A stretch of DNA of 64,000 nt, taken from IMG/VR virus record IMGVR_UViG_3300042691_015660, one strand, 5' to 3'. Below the pieces are notes generated by a model. It saw only the letters and a list, made by a program, of their open reading frames with translations. It made no database searches and was not told the origin of the DNA. The position numbers were made by a program, and so were the translations under genes. This document shows, piece by piece, positions 49,694 to 59,600 of the stretch. Numbering within the stretch: the first letter of the stretch is position 1; every line of letters begins with the position of its first letter. This stretch comes from a virus.

Positions 49694-50632
49694 ATGACTA
49701 GATCCAAAGCATTTTTTATCAATGGCGGCGCTGGCCGTGTCATCTGTGCGATTCCTGCTCTTGAAAAATACGAACAAGAGTCCGGCGACAAAGATTTTGT
49801 CATCGTCTGCGAAGGCGGTACAGACTTGTTCAAAGGACACCCAACATTAGATGACAGAACTTACGATGTCTGGCACAAAAACTTGTTCAAAGAAAAGATC
49901 CGAGATAGAGATGTAGTAAGTCCAGAACCTTATAGAATTTGGGAATACTATAATCAACATTGTAGTCTAGCGCAAGCGTTTGATATTGAAATTAACAAAC
50001 AAGGTGTTAGAGAATTGCCTAAACCAAATTTATTCTTGTCTAAGGAAGAAATGCTACATGGAAGACAAGTAGTTACCGAAATTAAAAAAACGTTAAAAAA
50101 AGAAAAATCGATAGTATTTCAACCTTTCGGAAGAGGAATTCAATATATAGATGAAAGTTTTGTAGATCCTACTAGCCGAAGTATTGAGTATAAAGATGTA
50201 AAAGCATTAATTAGAAAATTACAGGAAAATGGATATGCTGTAATTATGATGAGCGAATTAAAACTAGACCTTCGTGAAGAAAAATATAAAGATGATGTAG
50301 CAGCGCCTGAAAATGTTGGGCTAAGACAATGGGCGGCTATTATCAAGTACGCAGATCATTTCTTTGGTTGCGACAGCGTAGGGCAACATTTAGCTTATGC
50401 CATGAATAAGACATCCACAGTAGTTCTTGGTTCAACATATCCTATTAATGTTTCTTATCCTAATGTAAGTACTTTTAATATTTTAGATATGGGCGAAGAA
50501 ACTAGAGAATACAGTCCAATAAGAATAGCACCAGATGAAAGAGTTGATCGTAAACATGAGCATATTATGAGTATGACTCCGGATATTCATGACTATGTGA
50601 TTAATACAATTTTAGGAAAAATAGAAAAATGA
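49694..50632 (+). CDS. GT-B glycosyltransferase (GT9/heptosyltransferase-like)
   Basis: GGAGRVICAIPAL, IVFQPFG, LRQWAAIIKYADHFFGCDSVGQHLAYA. Confidence 0.75.
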   Translation: MTRSKAFFINGGAGRVICAIPALEKYEQESGDKDFVIVCEGGTDLFKGHPTLDDRTYDVWHKNLFKEKIRDRDVVSPEPYRIWEYYNQHCSLAQAFDIEINKQGVRELPKPNLFLSKEEMLHGRQVVTEIKKTLKKEKSIVFQPFGRGIQYIDESFVDPTSRSIEYKDVKALIRKLQENGYAVIMMSELKLDLREEKYKDDVAAPENVGLRQWAAIIKYADHFFGCDSVGQHLAYAMNKTSTVVLGSTYPINVSYPNVSTFNILDMGEETREYSPIRIAPDERVDRKHEHIMSMTPDIHDYVINTILGKIEK

Positions 50633-52449
50633 CACTAGAGATACCAACAATAAATCTAAAAACAGGCTGGGTGGCAGCTATCGCTAGGGGCCATAATGCA
50701 GGAGTATGCCTACTTAAAGACGGAGAAATTGTTTTTAGCATAGAAGAAGAAAGATTAAGTAGACAAAAGTACGACGGCGGCCCTTATGCTAGTATGATGA
50801 AGATTTTAGAATATACAGATAAAATCGATTATCTTGTTATAGCGCATACTCAATCTTTACAAACTACAGCCGGTCGTGTGGATTATACTGGCGACGATGT
50901 CTATACTGGCTTGGCACGTAAATTAAATTTAATTGATCGTAAAGCAAACTTACATAATCATCCGCAAGTAGTAGATTTTAGCTATATGCATCACAAACTT
51001 CATAGTGCTTGTGCTTTTTATCGAAGCGGGTGGACTGATGCTGTTAGTCTCATAGTTGACGGCGCTGGTACATTTATTCAAATACAATACGGAAATAATC
51101 CTATGACTATATGGGAAGTAGAAAGTATTGTAGATTGTGAATATCCTGCTAATTTTAAAACTCTATACAAACATTATGGAACCTTAGAACCAGTTCCCGG
51201 TATTCATTGGGAACAACTAGAATCTGATAATTTTGGAGAACCAGGTCAATACCATGAAGCGCATCTAACTGATCGTGCTGGAATTGTTAAGGTCTATGAA
51301 GGAGTAACAGAATATTGTGGATTTAGCAGTATTGAAGCAGGAAAAACTATGGGGTTATTTCCGTACGGAAAAGAAAATTCTTTTATTCCTAAATTGTTCG
51401 ACACTAGCTCTAAAATTCCATTAAGTAATCGAAATTTAATTGTGCCTAATTACCCAAACGGATCAAAAGTTAATTCAGAATTATTTGAATTTTTAGATGA
51501 AAAAATTTCCGAAGATACTCCCGACGTCACTTATCTTCAAAGTCGTAGAGATCTTGCGTATGCTGTACAGACACAAACACAAGAGCAAGTGCTAAGACTA
51601 ATTCGGAAAGCTGTAGAGATGACCGGAAAAAATCGCGTGGTAATTAGCGGAGGATATGGATTAAATTGTGTAGCTAACTATTGGTATCTTGAACAATTGA
51701 AAGACGAAGGAATTGAAATTTATGTAGAGCCTATTAGTAATGATGCTGGCACAGCCATGGGAGCAGCTTTATTATTTTGGCACGATGTTACTAAGAATTC
51801 AGAAATACAAAAACTAGATACATTATATTTAGGACCTAAATACAAATATTCAGAAAAAGAAATTCTAGAAAAAGTGAATTATGCCGGCGGTGAAGTAATA
51901 GATGCCACTTATGAAGATGTAGTTGAATTATTATCGAAGAAGAATATTGTCAGCATGTTCCAAGGACGTAGTGAAAACGGCCCACGAGCACTAGGTAATC
52001 GTAGTATTCTGTTCGACCCAACATTTAAAGATGGTAAAGATTTTGTAAACATGGTTAAACGTCGAGAATACTTCCGTCCATTTGCTGGTACTATTTTACA
52101 AGACAAGGTACACGAATGGTTTGATCTTAGAGGCATGGATGAAAGTCCTCATATGATGTATGCTGTAAACTGCCAACCTGGTGTAGCAGAAAAAATACCT
52201 AGCGTAATACATGTAGACGGTACTTGTAGAATCCAAACCGTTACACGAGAGCAAAACGCTCATTTCTACAACCTGATAGATGCTTTCTACACAAAAACAG
52301 GAATTCCTATCTTGTTTAATACCAGCTTCAATTTAGGCGGTGATCCGTTAGTTGAAACCCTGGACGATGCTATTAGCACACTAATACGCAGCGATATCGA
52401 GTTTTTGTTCCTCCCAGAGTACGGAAAATTAATAAAAATTTCTAACTAA
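50629..52449 (+). CDS. O-carbamoyltransferase (NodU/CmcH family)
   Basis: HNAG..EEERLSRQK, HHKLH, DGAG, GKTMGL, GGYGLNCVAN, DAGTAMG, E.GPRALGNRSI, KRREYFRPFA, HVDGTCRIQTV, NTSFN. Confidence 0.93.
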   Translation: MTLEIPTINLKTGWVAAIARGHNAGVCLLKDGEIVFSIEEERLSRQKYDGGPYASMMKILEYTDKIDYLVIAHTQSLQTTAGRVDYTGDDVYTGLARKLNLIDRKANLHNHPQVVDFSYMHHKLHSACAFYRSGWTDAVSLIVDGAGTFIQIQYGNNPMTIWEVESIVDCEYPANFKTLYKHYGTLEPVPGIHWEQLESDNFGEPGQYHEAHLTDRAGIVKVYEGVTEYCGFSSIEAGKTMGLFPYGKENSFIPKLFDTSSKIPLSNRNLIVPNYPNGSKVNSELFEFLDEKISEDTPDVTYLQSRRDLAYAVQTQTQEQVLRLIRKAVEMTGKNRVVISGGYGLNCVANYWYLEQLKDEGIEIYVEPISNDAGTAMGAALLFWHDVTKNSEIQKLDTLYLGPKYKYSEKEILEKVNYAGGEVIDATYEDVVELLSKKNIVSMFQGRSENGPRALGNRSILFDPTFKDGKDFVNMVKRREYFRPFAGTILQDKVHEWFDLRGMDESPHMMYAVNCQPGVAEKIPSVIHVDGTCRIQTVTREQNAHFYNLIDAFYTKTGIPILFNTSFNLGGDPLVETLDDAISTLIRSDIEFLFLPEYGKLIKISN

Positions 52450-52508
52450 TCCTACAAATTCTGCCAGTATAACGATATGCTAAATATAGTTAATATTGGC
52501 AGAATTAC

Positions 52509-53633
52509 ATGTTAAACTTTCCTAGTTTTTTTGATCAAGGTGTCCATTCTACACTACGGTTAAAACCCGGTGTTAACTGGTCTCATAAAGGGCAATGGGT
52601 ACAAATTTATAGTTCATTAAATGTTGAAATTGACCGCTGGTACATTGGCGACTTTTCTAGCGTTTCTTATCAGGTTACAATAGAGTACGATAGTCACACA
52701 AAAGAAACTGTAAATTTATCAGTAGTTGCTACACAAAATAGTGTAAATTTAATAGACTACGGAAGAATTGGTACATTAGGTAAAATAGCAGATTTTTCAA
52801 TTGACATTAATGACAGTTACGTATCATTAAGAGCGAATCCAAGTCATATATCATATGACGGAGCACGAGTAATTTTTATTGCCGACTATGCTGAATCTAT
52901 AAGTAGCCCTGTAGCAGCTTCTATAACTAAAACAATTCAAGAAAGTAAATTTTATTCAGAATACGGATTTCAGACATCTGGATTTACTGTTGCCAATGGT
53001 ACACTAAATGTAAATTCGTTAAATTCTACAAACTTAACAGTAGGAACAAGCTTAACAGTAATTGGCGGAATTGTTACAATAACCAGCTCAGGCGGTGTAG
53101 GAAATATAGATAATGTAATAATAGGAAGCATAACTCCAAGAGACGGAACATTCGTAGATTTGACCTCTACTAACACAGCATTTTTATCTGATGTGTTTGT
53201 AAACGGAAACGTTAATGCGAATGCGTACGACAGCATAATAGATTTATCCCCAACAGGAAACGGAACACTTACCATTAATCCAAGTGTAGCGGGATCTATT
53301 AATAATATGACTATTGGTCTTACTACTCCTAGACCCGCTACATTTACAATAACAAATACAACTTCATTAGTAAGCACTACAGGAACAATAACAACTTTAA
53401 ATAGTACTAATGGTACTATAACTACTTTAAATAGTACTACAGGAAATATTACTACAATTAATTCTACAACTATTACAGCAACAAACGTGACTATCAATAA
53501 TAATTTAACAGTTGATAATGTTACAGCAGACGAAGTTACAATTAATAATGCGCCTTCGGGCCCAAACAAAGCAACAAGAAAAGACTATGTTGACGCCACA
53601 GCAGCAGCATTAGCCATAGCACTTGGCGGATAA
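52509..53633 (+). CDS. Virion fibre protein
   Basis: Thr/Asn-rich GTITTLNST repeats, ATRKDYVD, C-terminal ALAIALG; TAAATA at 52481-52486. Confidence 0.65.
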   Translation: MLNFPSFFDQGVHSTLRLKPGVNWSHKGQWVQIYSSLNVEIDRWYIGDFSSVSYQVTIEYDSHTKETVNLSVVATQNSVNLIDYGRIGTLGKIADFSIDINDSYVSLRANPSHISYDGARVIFIADYAESISSPVAASITKTIQESKFYSEYGFQTSGFTVANGTLNVNSLNSTNLTVGTSLTVIGGIVTITSSGGVGNIDNVIIGSITPRDGTFVDLTSTNTAFLSDVFVNGNVNANAYDSIIDLSPTGNGTLTINPSVAGSINNMTIGLTTPRPATFTITNTTSLVSTTGTITTLNSTNGTITTLNSTTGNITTINSTTITATNVTINNNLTVDNVTADEVTINNAPSGPNKATRKDYVDATAAALAIALGG

Positions 53634-53644
53634 CGGAGAACTAA

Positions 53645-56600
53645 ATGGCAAAGAAAAGAATTCAAAATTATGTATTTTTACCAGGTACCGCTAGTAGCAG
53701 TAATGCTTATCCTAATGCGTATACTTTACTTGTTAATAATAAATCTTTTATACAAAAAGAAGCTAATACTTACATTAGTAATAGTATAGCTACAGACACT
53801 GCGATTAATTTGAATCCTAACGCAATTGGATTATTAACTAACAATAAAGAATTTTTAAAGAAAGAAATTAGAGCGTACATAGCAGCTAGAGTAGCAGCTA
53901 GTAACGGTCCTTTCGCAGGCTATACATATGATGCCGACAAGTGTGAAAGAGATGTTGGGTATGTCATTGATGCTTATATTTACGATTTAAGATACGGTGG
54001 TAATGAACAAATACGATATGTAGCAGAACAATATTGGTTAGGCGGTACTCCCCAAGTAGACGGAACCAGACAAGCAGAAATTTGGGCGCATACTAAGCTA
54101 AGAGATATTATAACCAAATATGTTTTTACTAGAAGTTTGTATCCTACAGAACAAGTAGCAGGAGTAGTTCAAAGCACAGTTGGTTCTGATGCTGAAACAC
54201 ACATGCAGCAAAGATTAAGTTCCTTATCAGAGGTACTACTAGATGTCATTACTAATGGATTAAGTGTTCTTGAAACTACTAATCTATACCCTAATGCTGC
54301 TAGTCTATTAACTAGAAATAAAGAATTCCTCAAAGACGAAATTACAGCATGGATAGCGACACAAGTAGCAGGAAATATTGCTCCATTTGTAGGGTTTACT
54401 TACGACGCATCTAAATGTAAAAGGGATGTTGGATATGTTATTGAAGCTTACATTTCAGATTTAAAAAACGGCGGAACAGAAAAAACAAGAGAAGCTGCTC
54501 AACAATATTGGTTAGGAGGAGTAGCTCAAGTAGACGGATCTAGAGCAGCCGAAGTAGCAGCACATACAAAACTAAGAGATATTATCGATGATTTTATCTT
54601 AGCAAAACTTCCTTATACTAGTGCGCAGAATCCAGTAGTTACTACTCAAGATGTATCTGGTAGTACTGCTGAAGCAGGAACTACGACTATTATTGCTACA
54701 CTAGCTAGTGTTGTTATTAATACCATTAATTCAGGCCTTATTGCTCTAACAAATTTAAATTTATATCCTAACGCTGCAACCTTATTAACTAACAATAAAG
54801 AATTCCTCAAAGACGAAATTACAGCATGGATAGCGACACAAGTAGCAGGAAATATTGCTCCATTTGTAGGGTATACATATGACGCTGTTAAATGTAAAAG
54901 AGATGTAGGATATATTATTGACGGATATATTTACGACATACGTTATGGAGGGAAAGAAGGAACTAGAGATTCAATAAGTCAATATTGGGTTGGTACTACT
55001 GCACAAGTTGACGGTAATAGACTTCCAGAAGTAGCTGCGCATACTAAATTACGTGATATTATTAATAATAATATTTTACCTAAAGTAGCTTATAGCAGTG
55101 TTCAAAGTCCTGTTACTAGCACACAAAATCTGTCTGGATCAGCAGCTGAATCCGGCGTAACAGCAATAATAACCAGTCTAGCAAGTGTCGTTACTAGTGT
55201 AATAACCAACGGTCTAAATAGTTTACCTTTAGTACCAATTACTCAAAGTCTGCGAAACTTTTCGGGTTACGTGTATGACACTAGTAAATGCGAAAGAGAT
55301 ATCGGATATGTATTAGACGCTTATGCCAATGATTTGCGATTTGGTGGAAATATAGAAACACGATTTGTAGCAAGTAGATACTGGGAATCGGGAGTTCCGC
55401 AAGTCGACGGCGACAGACGTCCGGAAATTAAAACTCACGAGTTTATTAGAGATTTAATTAATAGTTACATTTTTCCGCAGATTGCTTACACTCCCTTACA
55501 AGTTATAGTTTCAAGATACACAAATAATGGTATTACATATGAAACTGCTGCTAGTTCAAGAATTTATAATTTAGAAAATATTCTTACCACTGTGATAGAA
55601 AACGGTTTGTCTAGTATACCAGCAAGAAGTAACGGTGTAACGCAAATTAAGGTACAAGGAAAAATTAATCTTGAAGAAATACTATTAATTACTAATACAA
55701 CTAATAATGAAATTCTTTATAATTTTAGCAGCGCCGATTACGGAGCTGTAGTAGATTATTTTGACACATACAATAGTAACGGATTTAGTAGAGATGACGA
55801 TTATCCAGCATTTCTCCAAACAGCAGATTATGTAACTACAATTACATTAGATATTGATACCAGTACTTGTAGTTCTTCGGATGATATACAAATTTTTGTA
55901 GAAAAGAACGAAATGACCATACGTCCTTGGGACTTTGGTACAGATGCTATTGAACGTATGCGTGTAGCAACACCACAGTCTATGCTTGATGCTGACTTTG
56001 AATACGGGCTACAACCAACAAAATGGCAAGCTATTGGATTGCTCAGACAATACCCAAGCGTATATGAAATTCCAGGAACAGATACTGCAGTTTCGACTGT
56101 AGTTACAGATGCCAGCGTAGGGACAGGAAATGTTGGTGCTAGTTTGATTACAGTTACTACAGCAGGCCCACACGGTTTTACAGTAGGAACTCCGATTACA
56201 ATTAAAGCACTAGCTAACACTATCACTGGGTTCAGCAGAGCAGAAGGTACTTTCTTGGTCAATACTGTACCGACTTCTTCAACGTTTACTTACTATAGTG
56301 CTAGTAAAGTCGGAACATCAAACGGTCAAGTTTTGGCTACTGCTTATACACAATTAAGAAAAGCTTCTTTTTATACAGGAGCTAGTTTAGGAACTCCTTC
56401 TTTTAGCATATATAGTCCAGGAAGTGCTGGAACAATTACTTCAGAGTTCATTACTACATCCGGGTCCGATCAAATAGCATTTATAGGAACTCCTCCTAGT
56501 ATTGGTGCCCCGCTAACAGCTTCTGGAATTAATCCTGGAACACAGGTAACTGGTGTTGTTGGATCTGGCGGTGTAGCAGTACAGACTGGCGCTGCTTCTA

Positions 56601-59600
56601 GTGCTATAATAGGTGATACTACTATAGAAGTAGAAAATGCCTCTGGTATTCTAGAAGGCATGGGTATCGATAATGGAACTGGAACAGCTATTTTTGTAAC
56701 TGGCATATCAGGAACTACTGTTAGTTTAAGTGCTCCATTAGCTGCGCCTAAGATTGGTTCATCAGAAGTTTATACAGGCTTATCAGCTACACTTACTAAT
56801 CCAATTGGTTCAGGTGCGACCTTTAACTTTGCTAGAGTAAACGGATCATATCAATATGTAGGTGTTGCTAATGGAGGATCGAACTATCTAGTAGGTGATA
56901 GAGTAAGAATTCTAGGAAGTCTACTAGGCGGTAGTGATACTACAAACGATATTACTATTACAATTTTAAGTGTAGATAGCGGCGGGTCGGTTGCTAATGT
57001 TGACAGTTCGATTCCTATTGCATTTTCAGGAACAAGTGTAAATGGATCAATAACCTATAGTCCTGTAAGTCAATCGACTACTACAGGATCAGGTATTAAT
57101 AGTACTTGGAATGTAGTCAGAAGTGATACAGGAGATTCTTCAGCAGGCTTGTATTCTGTAACTAATATTAATCCAGGTAGTAATTTTAATCCTGGAGATC
57201 AAATTGTTATTACAGGCGATCTGCTAGGAGGATCAACACCTGAAAATGATTTGTTTATAAATGTTCAAACAGTGGGCGGGTTGGGAGAAATTTTAACATA
57301 CGGAACATTGGGTAGTGCCTTAGGAACCGACACAGTGTTTACTAATTTGTCATGTAGTAATCTTTCTCATTCAGGAGTAGGCGCAGTATTTACAGTTTCT
57401 AGATTTGCAGGAGCGTATACTGCTACAATAACAAGTGGCGGCAGCAACTACAAAGTTGGCAATGTGCTAACTATCACTGGTAGCTCAGTTGGCGGAACAA
57501 TACCAACTAATAACCTAACAATGACTGTTACTCAGATAGACGGTGGAACTGGAGCCATTCAACTTGTGTTAGAATCAGGTAATGCTATATCTGGAAGTGT
57601 ACTTGACTTTATTTCAGCAATATCTTTGAGTGAAGTTACCATAGGAACTATAGCAGATGCTACTTCGATAGCGTATGCTGCTATTGCCGGTATTCAAGTA
57701 GATTTTACTACAGCACACGGATTGGTTCCTGGAGCTAGCATCACTACATCTATTAATAGTAATGGAACTAATCACGGATATGCGGCAGGCCCATTTTTTG
57801 TAGAAAGTGTTCCAACACCAACAAGAATTCGTTACACAGCAAGAACCAGCGGAACAATAGATACATCGACAATATCACTTACAGGAACGGTATACACACG
57901 ATCAGATGCATACTTTATACATAGGCCCTACGACGGCGGCGTACAGTTAGGAACTGGTGGTCCGCAGCATGGTGCTCAAGCAATTCGTATGAGTAAAAAA
58001 TACATTCGTTATCAGTCAGGTAAAGGAGTAATGTACACTACTGGTGCGTTGTTTGCTCCTAGTTATGATTTACAAAGTTTAACAGCAACAGGAACTAGTA
58101 TTGGTTCATACATCACCGTGGTCACCGATGATGTAGATCATGGATGCCAGATCGGCGGAGTAATCAAAATTAAAGGAGTTGTTACTTCTGGATATAACGG
58201 GGAGTATACTGTTACTGATATTATTAATGAAAGACAATTTAGAATACAAGCACAAACTGTGTTAGGAAATGTCTATGCTACTCTATCAGGTCAAGCACAA
58301 ATGAGTCTTGTGCGTTGGCACGGAGCTACTGTAAGGGCCGGCACGTTTGATGAACAAAATGGAATTTTTTGGCAATATGATGGTCAGACTTTAAGTGTTG
58401 GTAGAAGAACTAGTACATTCCAATTAGCAGGCACAGTTAGTATAACTAGAGATACAAATTTAATTACAGGTACAAACACTAGATTTAGAGATCAGTTAAG
58501 TGCCGGCGATAAGATTGTTATTAAAGGCATGACTCATTGTGTTGCTAGTATAGACAGTCAAACAAGTATGACAGTGACTCCTGATTATCGAGGAGCTGTA
58601 GACGCAGTTAACAGCAAACTATGTAAAGTTGAAGACATAATTATACCTCAGGACCAATTTAATTTAGACAGATTAGACGGCAATGGACCTAGCGGATATA
58701 ATGTAGATACATCCACTATGCAGATGATTGGAATTCAATATACTTGGTATGGTGCGGGATTTATTGATTTTATGTTAAGAGGTAGCGACGGTAATTATGT
58801 TTTTGTTCACCGTATTAGAAATAGTAATACTAATACTGAAGCTTATATGCGAACTGGTAACTTGCCGGTTAGATACGAAGTTATTAATGAAGGAGCCAGA
58901 GATAAATTAGCTAGTTCTATTACATCTTCACAAACAACGATTCCGTTAACAGATGCTACCAACTTTCCAAACGAATCCGGAGTAGTATTAATAGATAACG
59001 AACTTGTTGCCTTTACAGGAAAGAGTGGAAATACACTAACAGGATGTACGAGAGCAGCACCTATGACTAATTTTGTAGCAGGAGCATCAAGAACATTTAC
59101 AGCTGGGTCTGCAAATTCACATGAATATAATACTGGAGTAGTGCTTGTTTCTAATACAGTAAGTCCTATTATTAGTCACTGGGGTAGTGCGTTCTTAACA
59201 GACGGAAGGTTCGACGAAGATCGCGGCTACTTGTTTAACTATGCTGCTACAAACGTTAGTATTTCGACAACTAAAAGAACAGCTTTTCTTATTAGACTAG
59301 CACCTAGTGTGAGTAATGCGATTGTAGGAGATTTAGGGGAACGTGAGTTACTAAATCGTGCGCAATTGTTACTAAAGGGTATTGAAATTACAGCAGATAG
59401 TGGTACCGGCGGTATCGTTGTAGAAGGTGTACTAAATCCACAAAATTATCCCGTTAGCCCGTCAGATATTTCTTGGTCTGGATTACAAGGATCAGCACAA
59501 GGTGGCCAACCAAGTTTTAGTCAAATCGCACCTGGCGGTTCGGTAGTCTGGAGTTCAGCAGGCAGTACTTCTGCTACAGCTACTACATTAACATTTCCTA

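Noticed and set aside
52970-53569. 199-aa antisense ORF
   Set aside because: Val-rich mirror of Thr/Asn repeats on the coding strand.
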